64,000 nucleotides of DNA from an uncultured Pseudomonadota bacterium (GTDB taxonomy: Bacteria > Oederibacteriota > Muellerivitia > Muellerivitales > Muellerivitaceae). The DNA is taken from contig CAWIIP010000002.1 of NCBI GenBank assembly GCA_963836235.1, positions 1,472,001-1,536,000 on the forward strand. Direction: 5' to 3'. Both the position numbers and the translations under genes were made by a program. This document shows positions 49,290-58,406 of the stretch, piece by piece (the stretch's first letter is position 1; the number at the start of each line of letters is the position of its first letter). The notes beneath the pieces were generated by a model. That model saw nothing but the letters and a program-made list of their open reading frames with translations. It was not told where the DNA came from and searched no databases.

Positions 49290-51431
49290 TCAATACTCGT
49301 CATTCTTTTTTTCGGGCAGGGGACTTTTGCTGAAGGTTTGAAAGTAGAGCAGGCATTTGTCACTCCACTGTTTCGCTTCTTTCACCTGAAGGCTCAGCTT
49401 GTTCTCCACAACCTGCCAACGTTCGCCGTCTACCCGTCCTTTCAGCGTCGCCCATTGTTTTTCCATTCCCGAGGCTTCTCCCACTCCCTGACCATAGCGG
49501 CCAATCAGTTCTTCCCAAAAAGTTTTTCCCGATTTCATGGGGTGGTCCCAGGCAACGTGGTGGAACCAAAGCAGGTAATCCTCGGGGCAGGTGGTCAGTC
49601 TGTTCCATCGGTTGGGAAGGGGGGGATGGTATTGGTCTACCGCGTCGCTGCCTAGGCGGGTGCGGTCGAATCCCAATCCCTTGGGGTCGGCCCGCACATA
49701 GTAAGACGCTGACCAGTCGACTCGGCGGGGGTCCACCATGCTGGGGTCGGGGGCGTAATGGATATCCTTCTCGAAGACACCGTTGAGACCCAACGGAGTC
49801 GCGTAATCCACGAAGGCTTGGCGGGAGCCCATCATGAGGGTGGTGATAGTCGAGACGACTTCCGGGTCATTGCTCCAGGTAAGACGGGCCCATTCTTCTG
49901 CGATAGATTCGGCGCTTAAAGACGGGTTCCAGGCCAAGCGTCCGAAGGCGTACCAATTGGCCTGGGCGAAGGGGTGGCCGCACCAATCCCGGCTGTCACC
50001 CGTGTTGGCCACGCCCGCGATGGCGCTGTCCGCATGATTCTCGAGCGTTCCTTCCACGACCTTCTCTACCGTCGAGCGGGGCCCTTGGGCGTAAGTGTCT
50101 GAATTCAAAAATTCCTTCCATATCGGCGCCAGGTAAACCAGGTGGGTCGAATGGCCCAGGTATTCCTGGGTCACTTCCAGTTCCGCCGCCAGGTGGGTCT
50201 GGGGCATGGCGCCGAAAAGGGGGCTGAAGGGCTCCCGGGGCTGGAAGTCCAAGGGGCCGTTTTTGACCTGCACGAAAACATTCGGATCGAACTGGCCGTC
50301 CAGGGGTTTGAATTCCTTGTAAGCCCGCTTGATGCGGTCGGCGTCCACCTTGTCGTCGTAAACGAAAGCCCGCCACATCACTATGCCGCCGTGGGGGGCG
50401 AGGACCCGGGCCAGCAGATTGGCTCCCTGCGCGTGGGTCCGTTGGTAGTCCTGGGGCCCAGGCTGGCCTTCGCTGTTGGCTTTCACCAGGAAACCGCCGA
50501 AGTCGGGTATGAGGCCATAAATTTCTTCGGCCTTGGCCTTCCACCATTTTTGAGCCGCCGGGTCCAGGGGATCGGCGGTGGGCAGGCCGCCTATGGCCTT
50601 GGGTGCGCCGAAGTTGGCCGAAAGGTAAACCCGGATGCCATAAGGCCGCAGGGCCTTGGCCAGGGCGGCGGCTTTTTCCAGATAGGGCGCGGTCAGTATA
50701 TAGGGATCGGCGTTCACGTTGTTCAGCACGGTTCCGTTCAAGCCGATGGAAGCGCAGGCCCTGGCGTAGTCCGTGACGCGGGAATCCACCTGGTCGGGAA
50801 GCTCATCCCATTTCCAGAGGGACTTGCCCGCGTAGCCCCGCTCGATGCTCCCATCCAGATTGTCCCAGTGGTCCAGAATCCTCCGGTGGATGTGAGGCTT
50901 CTCGGTGATATTGAGTTTGTCGATAGGTTGGTGGGTTCCGATGAGCCTCAGCAGGTGAAAGGTGCCGTAGAGGCAGCCGACGGGGTTTCGCGAAGCGATC
51001 ACGGTGACCCGGTGGTCTTCCATGATGGAAGAACGAATGAGATAGCCCTCCGGGCCCAACCGGGCCAGCTCCCCGTCCCATTTCAAACCGGATACTAGGG
51101 GTGAGGTTTCGGGGGTGCCAACCACCAGCGCGCCGTCTTTAAGGGTGGCCGTTGTGGGGATAGCGGTATCCAGCATTCCTTGTAGGCCCCGTCGCAGTTC
51201 TTCGGTCAGGATGCGATCTGTTTCCGTGTTCCCCTGGGCCACGATGGAGGAAATTTTGGACCGGTAGCTGTCGCACAAGGTCCTATCCTCCACCTTTGCG
51301 TACCTTAGCCAAAGCCGATAGCCGTCCTCAGCCTGGACAAGCGAAGTTCCGCCCCAAAATAAAACCGCTGCCAACAAGATAGGTTGGACGTAGGACCCAT
51401 AGGGTGAAGGTGAATTCATAACGCTCTCCAA
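49290..51431 (-). CDS. aguA: Alpha-glucuronidase (GH67), secreted
   Basis: EDGYRLWLRY, HWDNLDG.IERGYAG, NNVNA, GGFLVKANSEGQPGP, VKNGP.DFQ.REP, TQEYLG. Confidence 0.95.
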   Translation of the reverse strand: MESVMNSPSPYGSYVQPILLAAVLFWGGTSLVQAEDGYRLWLRYAKVEDRTLCDSYRSKISSIVAQGNTETDRILTEELRRGLQGMLDTAIPTTATLKDGALVVGTPETSPLVSGLKWDGELARLGPEGYLIRSSIMEDHRVTVIASRNPVGCLYGTFHLLRLIGTHQPIDKLNITEKPHIHRRILDHWDNLDGSIERGYAGKSLWKWDELPDQVDSRVTDYARACASIGLNGTVLNNVNADPYILTAPYLEKAAALAKALRPYGIRVYLSANFGAPKAIGGLPTADPLDPAAQKWWKAKAEEIYGLIPDFGGFLVKANSEGQPGPQDYQRTHAQGANLLARVLAPHGGIVMWRAFVYDDKVDADRIKRAYKEFKPLDGQFDPNVFVQVKNGPLDFQPREPFSPLFGAMPQTHLAAELEVTQEYLGHSTHLVYLAPIWKEFLNSDTYAQGPRSTVEKVVEGTLENHADSAIAGVANTGDSRDWCGHPFAQANWYAFGRLAWNPSLSAESIAEEWARLTWSNDPEVVSTITTLMMGSRQAFVDYATPLGLNGVFEKDIHYAPDPSMVDPRRVDWSASYYVRADPKGLGFDRTRLGSDAVDQYHPPLPNRWNRLTTCPEDYLLWFHHVAWDHPMKSGKTFWEELIGRYGQGVGEASGMEKQWATLKGRVDGERWQVVENKLSLQVKEAKQWSDKCLLYFQTFSKSPLPEKKNDEY

Positions 51432-51447
51432 AAAATATGATCCCTCT

Positions 51448-51996
51448 TCATCTTTTGCCGTACTTGGTGCCCTTTGTGCCTTGGTGGTTCAATGGCTTTT
51501 TGGGGGTGTATCGTCCCAGAAGTTCCGCCGCCGAACCCACCAGGATGGCGAAGCCCAAGCCAATGGAAGTCTCAACGAAGCGGGCCCAGGCATAGTCCCA
51601 AGGCTTGTCCCCATGGAAGAGGATGACGATGCCCGTGATATAGCCGGTAATCTTGGCCGCGTCCTTCAAGCCGATGAGGGGGCAAATCAGGATCGCCAAA
51701 AGCACCCCGGCGGCCATCACCAGGGGTGTGTGCCCCAGAAGCGTTCCCAGCCCGCCTCCCAAGCCGGCCCCGATCACGTTTCCCACCAGCCTGAGAAGCC
51801 CCGTGCGCCGGGTTACTTCCGGCGAAGGGTCGGTGACCACGATGGCCGCGATGACGGCGTAAATGGGAAAATCCATGCCCAACCGCAAGGCCACCCAGGC
51901 CGAGAGCAGGCTCGCCAAAGCCGCCCGCAGGCCGATTTGAAGGCCCTGTTCCAGGTTTTGGGAAAAGGGGGAAGGTTGTTTTTTCTTTTTGGCCAT
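51448..51996 (-). CDS. FUSC/aromatic acid exporter family membrane protein
   Basis: R.A.A, YAVIAA..V, R..G..IGA, A..R..ET.IG. Confidence 0.82.
   Translation of the reverse strand: MAKKKKQPSPFSQNLEQGLQIGLRAALASLLSAWVALRLGMDFPIYAVIAAIVVTDPSPEVTRRTGLLRLVGNVIGAGLGGGLGTLLGHTPLVMAAGVLLAILICPLIGLKDAAKITGYITGIVILFHGDKPWDYAWARFVETSIGLGFAILVGSAAELLGRYTPKKPLNHQGTKGTKYGKR
51463..51492 (-). repeat. CACCAAG-type REP-like element copy in the FUSC gene 3' end
   Basis: CTTGGTGCCCTTTGTGCCTTGGTGGTTCAA. Confidence 0.85.
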
Positions 51997-52069
51997 AAAA
52001 TCCCGCTCCGGGTATCAATCATGATGGACCGACATATTTTTATGGAGATTCAAGATAAATGGAAATGAC

Positions 52070-52912
52070 TTAGGCAGGAACCAATTCGTCGTAAGTCCGG
52101 ATTTTAGAGATGACTTCCTCAATTAAGTAGTCCGGCGTCGAGGCCCCGGCGGTAATGCCCACCTTGCTTTTACCCTCGAACCATTTCGAGTCCAGTTCCT
52201 GGGCGGTTTCCACGTGGTAGGTGTCGTTGGGAAGGTTCATCTTGCAGGTATCGGCCAGCTTGTGGGTGTTGCTGGAATTGCGGCCCCCGATGACGATCAT
52301 AATTTGCATAGTTTTGGAGAGCGCGGCGGCGGCGGTTTGGCGGTCCTTGGTGGGCTTGCAGATGGTGTTCACTGTAACCACCTCGGCACAACGGGCCTTC
52401 AAGAGCGACACGAACTTATCGAACTTTTCCATTAAAAGGGTGCTTTGGCAGACCACGCCGACTTTCGATCCCTCCGGCACGGTCTGGATATCCTCTTCGT
52501 GGTACACAATCAGGGGGTTTTTCATGCGGCTGGCGATGCCCTTTACTTCCACGTGCTTGGGGTCGCCGATGATGACGATTTGCAGGCCATGGGCTTCCAG
52601 CTTGTGGCCCTCGTTGTAGATTTTGGTGACCAGGGGGCAGGTGGTGTCGATGATTTCCAGGTTCCGTTCCTTCATCTGGCCGATCACGTTGATGTCCAAC
52701 CCGTGGGCGGTGATGACCACCCGGTTGTCCTCCACGTCCTCCAGCGAATGGACGATTTTCTTGTTCAGGGAAGCCAGCCGGGCCACTTCCTGGGGGTTAT
52801 GGATGAGGGAGCCGAAGATGAAGGCGCGGTCCATGGTTTCGGCCTTTTGGATGGCCTTCTTCACGCCGAAGCAGAACCCGGCGGCATTGGCGATTTGGAT
52901 TTCACGCGGCAT
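52070..52912 (-). CDS. ispH: 4-hydroxy-3-methylbut-2-enyl diphosphate reductase
   Basis: AGFCFGV, IHN, AHG, DTTCP.V, H.EV.G, TIC..T..RQ, SSNT..L, TAGASTP; start MPREIQ. Confidence 0.97.
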   Translation of the reverse strand: MPREIQIANAAGFCFGVKKAIQKAETMDRAFIFGSLIHNPQEVARLASLNKKIVHSLEDVEDNRVVITAHGLDINVIGQMKERNLEIIDTTCPLVTKIYNEGHKLEAHGLQIVIIGDPKHVEVKGIASRMKNPLIVYHEEDIQTVPEGSKVGVVCQSTLLMEKFDKFVSLLKARCAEVVTVNTICKPTKDRQTAAAALSKTMQIMIVIGGRNSSNTHKLADTCKMNLPNDTYHVETAQELDSKWFEGKSKVGITAGASTPDYLIEEVISKIRTYDELVPA

Positions 52913-52929
52913 AAAAACCTCGAAGGAGT

Positions 52930-52959
52930 TTGAACCACCAAGGCACCAAGGGCACCAAG
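52930..52959 (+). repeat. CACCAAG-type REP-like element copy
   Basis: TTGAACCACCAAGGCACCAAGGGCACCAAG. Confidence 0.9.
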
Positions 52960-53058
52960 GAAGATTAGGCCAAAGGCAAAAGCCTTTGTGAAAGTGGATT
53001 ATATATAATGACGTCCCTAAACCATAGAGGCCTTCCCGGGCCAAGAATTTTAGCTTTT

Positions 53059-53088
53059 CTTGGTGCCCTTGGTGTCTTGGTGGTTCAA
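53059..53088 (-). repeat. CACCAAG-type element, inverted partner of 52930..52959
   Basis: CTTGGTGCCCTTGGTGTCTTGGTGGTTCAA (one mismatch). Confidence 0.9.
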
Positions 53089-53108
53089 TCTTTCTTTAAG
53101 GACTTTCC

Positions 53109-56100
53109 GTGGCTTTTTCCCTCTATTTGGGACCTTACCAGCCTTTCCTGGAGGCGGAACTCGCCGCCGCTGTCGAAGGGTTGCGCCAGTCCGATCCCTT
53201 ATCGCCTTTGGTCGTCCTTGTTCCCAACCGGTCCCTGGTGCGGCACTTGCGGGAGGAACTGGCCCGAAAAAACGGGTCCGTCTTCAACCTACGGGTCCTG
53301 ACGCTCCACCAATATTTGCAGGAATTCACCGAGGAAAAATGGATCATCGATGGTTTCCGGCCCCTGCCCGAATCGCTGGTGTCTTGGATATTGAAGGAGA
53401 CCGCCCGGGCTTCCAAGTCCAAGGGCGGCCCCTTCGCCGCGGTTGAGGGGACGCCGGGCTTTTACCGAACGCTCCAAGCCACCTTGTCCGAACTTCGCCA
53501 GGGTGATTTCACGCCCCAAGGCCTGCTGGATTCCTCCAAAAAGGTGGCCCGGGATAAGGGGCGAAAGAGGCTTTCCCATAAACTCGCCGAGTTCGCCGGA
53601 CTGCTGGCGGAGTACGCGAAATGGAAACAAAGCCACCAATGGAAGGACCGGGAAGACCTCTATGTGGATGCCTTGACGCTTCCATCGCCACCGGCTTCGG
53701 TTTGGACCTACGGGTTCTATGACGCTTCGGAACTCCAGCGGAAGGTACTACAACACCTTTGTTCACCACCAAGGCACCAAGGGCACCAAGAAAATCAAAC
53801 GACTGGAAAAAAAATTGAAAGCTATTGGTTTATTCCTTATGAAGATCATCCCGCTTTTGAGTATGCCAAGCCCTTCGTGGATTGGGCGAAACAACAGGGA
53901 ACCGTGAAAAGGGAAGGTGTGTTTAAAAGTGAAAAGGGAACACCTTTAGGCAAACTACAAAACGACTTATTTAAAACTGAGGGTGCTTCGTCGCAAGCCT
54001 CGTCCTATTCGGACGAGGCTCCTCGCAATGACAGCAGTTTAAATTTTGTGGATTCCGACGTGAAAATTTTCCTTTGCCCTGGAGAGCCACGGGAAATCAG
54101 GGAGGCGGCGCGGGCCATTACGGAAGAAGCCGGGAGGCGCCAGACCCACTTTTCCGACTGTGGGCTGGTCCTGCGCCAAATGGAAAGCTACCGGCGGATG
54201 ATCAAGCCCCCCTTCGACCAGCAGGGCGTCCCCCTGGCCAAAAACCCCACGGTCTTCCTGATGGAAACCCCCGAGGCCAAGTGCCTCCTGCTTTTGCTGG
54301 AATGTTTCCAGGGGGAATTTCCCCGGGAAACGCTTATGGACTTCCTCTCCTGCCCCAACCTCAACCCCGAGGGTTTCCACTTGAAGCCCGGGGAATGGGA
54401 CCCCCATCTTTGGGACCAGGCTTCCAAGGAAGCGGGGGTGGTGGAGGGCGAGGGGGCCTGGATAGACCGCATGCGGGAATTCCTCAAGCCTTCCCCGGCT
54501 TCCCGCGAGGAAGAAGCATTCTCCACCCAGGAAACCCAGTCCCTTTCGGCTTTCCAGTCCAAGGTGCTCCAGGCGCTCTTCGATAGCCGCCACCGGTTCG
54601 ACAGGGAAAAGCATTGGGCGGGGAAAGCCAAGGTGCTCTTCGGCCTGGCCGAAAAGCTCTTCCGCCCTTCCGACGCCAAGGAACAGTTGAAGACCCTCCA
54701 GCGGGGGGTGGAAATCCTCTCGCAGGATTCCTTCACCGTGGAAAAGGACGAACTGGGCCCCCTGCTGACCGGGCTCATGGAAGAAGTGAAGATTCCCTGG
54801 AAGAGCTCCGGTTCGGGCGGGGTGGAGGTGGAAGACCTGATGCAGGTGAGGGGTGTTCCTTTCGACATCCTGGTCATGCCCGGGCTAGTGGAGCAGGGCT
54901 TCCCCAAGGTGCCCCGACAGGACCCGCTTCTGCTCGACGAGGAACGCCGTATCCTCAACGGCCTCCACGAGGGCAAGGCCCATATCCCCGAGAAGGCCGA
55001 GGGGCGGCTGGAAGAAAAGCTCCTCTTCCTCTTGGCCGTCCGTAGCGCCCGCAAGGCCCTCCTCCTGACCGCCTCCCATCTCCATCCGGCCACGGGCGCC
55101 CCCCGGGTGCCCAGCGCCTACCTCCATGAGGCCCTGCGGGCCGTGACGGGCCGGCGCCAGGCCCATTGGGACGGGGATTCCCCCTTCCTGCGCAAAGTCG
55201 CGGTTTCGGATTGGGTCCGGGGCGGGGAGGCCGACCGGGTGGACGACCTGGAAGAGCTCTTAAGCCGCTTCCAGCAGGCCCGGGAGGGGAACCCCCTGCC
55301 CGCCCAGGCCTATGTGGAGGGCAAACCCTTCTTCGCCCAGGCCCGGGAACTGCTAAAAGAGCGCCAAAGCCGCCGCCAATTTACCCCCTATGACGGGGTT
55401 TTTAAGGGCGCGGAAGCCATCCAGAAGCTCAGCCGGGAACATTCCCTGAGGGACAAGCCCCTCTCGGCCTCCCGGCTGGAAACCTACGCCGCCTGCCCTC
55501 TGCGCTATTTCTACCGCTATATTCTGGGTCTCAAGGTGCATCCCGAGCCCGAGCGGGTCTTCCAGCTGGACCCGGCGGAGAAGGGCAACTTAATGCACGA
55601 GGTGCTGGAAAAAACCCTTTCGCGCGGGGTGGAGGAAGGCTGGCTGAGGGCCCGCGACCGGGAGAAGGGGCAAAAGGCCCTGGCGGAAGAGACCCAAAAG
55701 GCCTTCCAAAGGTTCGAGAAGGAGGGGCTCCCCGGCTCCCCGGCCCTATGGCAGTGGAGCCAGTTCAACCTGGGCCGGGACCTGGAAAGGGCCCTGAAGA
55801 AGGTGCTGGAGGACGGGGATTGGACCCCGGTGGATTTTGAGAAGGGCTTCGGCCGCCCCGGCCAGCCCGAGGTTTTGTTCCAGACCACCACGGGAAGCCT
55901 GCGGCTGGAAGGCTGGATGGACCGGGTGGACCTTTCCCCCGACGGCAAAAAGTTAAGGGTCGTGGACTATAAGACGGGCTCCAACCTGGGCTTCAAGGAA
56001 GACAGCGTCAAGGAAGGCACCAAGATCCAGATGCCCCTCTACCTTTGGGCCTGCCGGACCCTCTACCCGGGGGTCAACCCCGAACAAGCGATTTATGAGT

Positions 56101-56354
56101 TCATCACGGCCAAGGGAAACTACCGTTCGATTCCCTTCGATGCCGCTGATTGGAAAAGAGTGGAAGAACCCCTGACCGCCCTCCTGACGACCGCCTCGGA
56201 GGCGGTGGACCAGGGCCTCTTTCCGGCGGCGGCCAAGGCCTGCGACCAATGCGACTACCGGACCCTCTGCGGACCGGGGGTGGTAAAGCGGGGCGAACGG
56301 AAGAGGGAGGATAAGAGGGTTGGGGATTATTTTAGGTTGGAGGAATTGAAATGA
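53109..56354 (+). CDS. addB: AddB-like subunit (inactive helicase fold plus PD-(D/E)XK nuclease with Fe-S Cys)
   Basis: VLVPN, RG..F....PG..E..FP, SAS.LE.YA.CP..YF, G..DRVD, VVDYKTG, Q.P.Y, C..CDY...C; upstream of addA. Confidence 0.88.
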   Translation: MAFSLYLGPYQPFLEAELAAAVEGLRQSDPLSPLVVLVPNRSLVRHLREELARKNGSVFNLRVLTLHQYLQEFTEEKWIIDGFRPLPESLVSWILKETARASKSKGGPFAAVEGTPGFYRTLQATLSELRQGDFTPQGLLDSSKKVARDKGRKRLSHKLAEFAGLLAEYAKWKQSHQWKDREDLYVDALTLPSPPASVWTYGFYDASELQRKVLQHLCSPPRHQGHQENQTTGKKIESYWFIPYEDHPAFEYAKPFVDWAKQQGTVKREGVFKSEKGTPLGKLQNDLFKTEGASSQASSYSDEAPRNDSSLNFVDSDVKIFLCPGEPREIREAARAITEEAGRRQTHFSDCGLVLRQMESYRRMIKPPFDQQGVPLAKNPTVFLMETPEAKCLLLLLECFQGEFPRETLMDFLSCPNLNPEGFHLKPGEWDPHLWDQASKEAGVVEGEGAWIDRMREFLKPSPASREEEAFSTQETQSLSAFQSKVLQALFDSRHRFDREKHWAGKAKVLFGLAEKLFRPSDAKEQLKTLQRGVEILSQDSFTVEKDELGPLLTGLMEEVKIPWKSSGSGGVEVEDLMQVRGVPFDILVMPGLVEQGFPKVPRQDPLLLDEERRILNGLHEGKAHIPEKAEGRLEEKLLFLLAVRSARKALLLTASHLHPATGAPRVPSAYLHEALRAVTGRRQAHWDGDSPFLRKVAVSDWVRGGEADRVDDLEELLSRFQQAREGNPLPAQAYVEGKPFFAQARELLKERQSRRQFTPYDGVFKGAEAIQKLSREHSLRDKPLSASRLETYAACPLRYFYRYILGLKVHPEPERVFQLDPAEKGNLMHEVLEKTLSRGVEEGWLRARDREKGQKALAEETQKAFQRFEKEGLPGSPALWQWSQFNLGRDLERALKKVLEDGDWTPVDFEKGFGRPGQPEVLFQTTTGSLRLEGWMDRVDLSPDGKKLRVVDYKTGSNLGFKEDSVKEGTKIQMPLYLWACRTLYPGVNPEQAIYEFITAKGNYRSIPFDAADWKRVEEPLTALLTTASEAVDQGLFPAAAKACDQCDYRTLCGPGVVKRGERKREDKRVGDYFRLEELK
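53765..53790 (+). repeat. CACCAAG-type element inside addB
   Basis: ACCACCAAGGCACCAAGGGCACCAAG, read as PPRHQGHQ. Confidence 0.9.
53984..54032 (+). repeat. REP-like palindrome inside addB
   Basis: TGCTTCGTCGC-A-AGCCTCGTCC-TATTC-GGACGAGGCT-CCTCGCAATGAC. Confidence 0.7.
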
Positions 56355-57535
56355 ATTGGTTTAAAAAATTACCTTGGCGCTGGAAGCTTCCGATTCTATT
56401 TACTTCTCTGGACCTCCTTTATTTAGCGATTGTCCGTTTTTCTTTTGCTGGTGGCCATGGATTTATTATCGGGGAATTTTTTCAAGTTCTTTTCGCCTGT
56501 TGGATTCCTTTTTTTTGGCACTTTCCATTCGCATATATTTTGTTTGGAGACTCGAATTTAAATCACATTTTTATTGAGCCGGTTCAAACCTTTTTTATAT
56601 TTTTTCTGACTGGTTATTGGCTGGAGAAATCAAGAAATAACCTTCCGAAATATATTGTTCTTGTTTTTTATGTTTTGGCTACAGGCGTAGCCATCCTTAC
56701 CGCTTGGTCGGATAGAACAAGAGAACCTATCGTCATGGTATTGCCAAACGGCTATAAGGGAATCATATGCTTGAAGACGAAGCAATCTGGGGAGGAAGAG
56801 ATAAAGATTTCCAATGGCCAATATCGCATCGAAATGCCCGAAAGCGGATTCAGAGCCGTTAGCAATGATTTCCAGGGTTGGCACAGCTATAACGCTGAAT
56901 ACCAAGATGGAACTACCATCCAATATGGCGACGAATACAACACCCCGGTGAATTTGATAGCCCAATACAGCTTCAGTTCAAGCGCAAACGGTAATTTCTA
57001 TTTTATCGGGAATAACCTGGACGCCCAGGTGACTCGATGTGCGGGGACCGAAGTGACTGGAAGGGATACAGGCGGGCTATCCAATTTCCCGAACACTAAA
57101 TTCAAGGAAGTTTCGAGGCGTCAAGAGTCAGGCGCCCAATTTACCATGCGCAAGGTGGAAGACTGTCCCATCTATGGGAACCTGGAATTTGTCCAACGAA
57201 AAGGCGATCCAAAGCCCATCCATTATTTTACCGATGACTTAGACGCGAAACCGGTGATGGGAAACCTGGGACAACGAATCGCAGTCAAAAATTACGAATA
57301 TCCTGTCGGGACGCCCTATACGGTTTGGCTCGTAGATTTATCCAAGAATACCGAGTTCCAAATCGACCAGGATATTTCTGGTGATGATCAAGGCAATGTA
57401 GAGCCAACTTTTTCTCCTGATGATAATCGCATTCTTTTAACAGGAATAAAAAAAGCATATGTCGTTGATTCTTTAAATGGAAAGGTTCTCCGCCAATTTG
57501 CGAAGGATCAAATTCCTCAAAAGTGGTGGCAATGA
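56351..57535 (+). CDS. AT-rich hypothetical membrane-anchored protein between addB and addA
   Basis: Four N-terminal TM helices, LP.GY.G motif, C-terminal FSPD; ATGA overlap with addB. Confidence 0.65.
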   Translation: MNWFKKLPWRWKLPILFTSLDLLYLAIVRFSFAGGHGFIIGEFFQVLFACWIPFFWHFPFAYILFGDSNLNHIFIEPVQTFFIFFLTGYWLEKSRNNLPKYIVLVFYVLATGVAILTAWSDRTREPIVMVLPNGYKGIICLKTKQSGEEEIKISNGQYRIEMPESGFRAVSNDFQGWHSYNAEYQDGTTIQYGDEYNTPVNLIAQYSFSSSANGNFYFIGNNLDAQVTRCAGTEVTGRDTGGLSNFPNTKFKEVSRRQESGAQFTMRKVEDCPIYGNLEFVQRKGDPKPIHYFTDDLDAKPVMGNLGQRIAVKNYEYPVGTPYTVWLVDLSKNTEFQIDQDISGDDQGNVEPTFSPDDNRILLTGIKKAYVVDSLNGKVLRQFAKDQIPQKWWQ

Positions 57536-57557
57536 TTCAAATTCATTGGAGTCTTCA

Positions 57558-57674
57558 ATGATTTCTGACCAATCCGTCCGGGACCGGGTTACTCATGACC
57601 ACGATACCCTCTTCGCAGTGGATGCGGGGGCGGGAACCGGTAAGACCACGCTCCTGGTGTCCCGGCTCATCGCC
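57558..57674 (+). pseudogene. Duplicated 5' end (39 codons) of addA
   Basis: MISDQSVRDRVTHDHDTLFAVDAGAGTGKTTLLVSRLIA, 36/39 aa identical to 58407..58523. Confidence 0.93.
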
Positions 57675-57746
57675 AAAATTCCCTCACAAAAGGCTGTTTT
57701 ACCCAGGGTTGGTGGGCTGCTGGACAAACCCTTTCCTTTGTGAGAA

Positions 57747-57769
57747 TATGACCATAATTTATGGTCATA
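57747..57769. promoter_or_regulatory. TA operator palindrome
   Basis: TATGACCATAA-T-TTATGGTCATA directly before the GGAGG RBS. Confidence 0.8.
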
Positions 57770-57779
57770 GGAGGAACCC

Positions 57780-58007
57780 ATGAAAACCATCGCCGCTGGT
57801 GAATTCAAAGCTAAATGTCTTTCATTGTTGGACGAGGTTAACCGCGCCCACGAAACCATAGTCGTGACCAAGCATGGAATTCCCGTGGCCAGGATGGTCC
57901 CGGTTTCGAGGGAAAAAGACGGGCAAAAGGGAACCCTTCGTGGGAGCGTTTTGTCGGAAAAGGACCTCCTTCGCCCAATTGATGATACCTGGGAAGCCGA
58001 TCGATGA
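57780..58007 (+). CDS. Phd/YefM antitoxin
   Basis: I.AGEFKAKCL.LLDEV......IVVTK.G.PVA..VP. Confidence 0.92.
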   Translation: MKTIAAGEFKAKCLSLLDEVNRAHETIVVTKHGIPVARMVPVSREKDGQKGTLRGSVLSEKDLLRPIDDTWEADR

Positions 58008-58390
58008 TTCTTTTGGATACCCACGCCTGGGTCTGGTGGTGCTCGGGTTCCCCCAAACTTTCCGCCAGAGCGTTGAAGGCCATTAAAGCCGAAGAAACCC
58101 TGGGGGTATGCGCCATCAGCTGTTGGGAGGTGGCCATGCTGGTGGCCAAAAAAAGGCTGGTCCTGGACCGGGACATCGAGGTTTGGATGGATCAGGCCTT
58201 GAAACTCCCCAAGGTCCAATTGATTCCATTGACTCCCCGGATCGCGGTGAAAAGCACCCAATTGGGCGGCGACTTCCATGGGGACCCGGTGGACCGGATT
58301 CTGGTGGCCGCAGCGGCGGAAGAGGGATGTCCCCTGGTTAGCAAGGATGAACGCATCCGCGGCTTCCATGGCATCAAAGTGATCTGGTAA
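58004..58390 (+). CDS. vapC: PIN-domain VapC toxin
   Basis: ILLDTH..VW, IS.WE...L..K.R, H.DP.DR.L.A.A, LVS.D. Confidence 0.93.
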   Translation: MILLDTHAWVWWCSGSPKLSARALKAIKAEETLGVCAISCWEVAMLVAKKRLVLDRDIEVWMDQALKLPKVQLIPLTPRIAVKSTQLGGDFHGDPVDRILVAAAAEEGCPLVSKDERIRGFHGIKVIW

Positions 58391-58406
58391 AAGAAGGATC
58401 TTTCTC

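Noticed and set aside
52913-53044. N-terminal extension of ispH
   Set aside because: Translated REP-like element and promoter; RBS GAGG precedes ATG 52912
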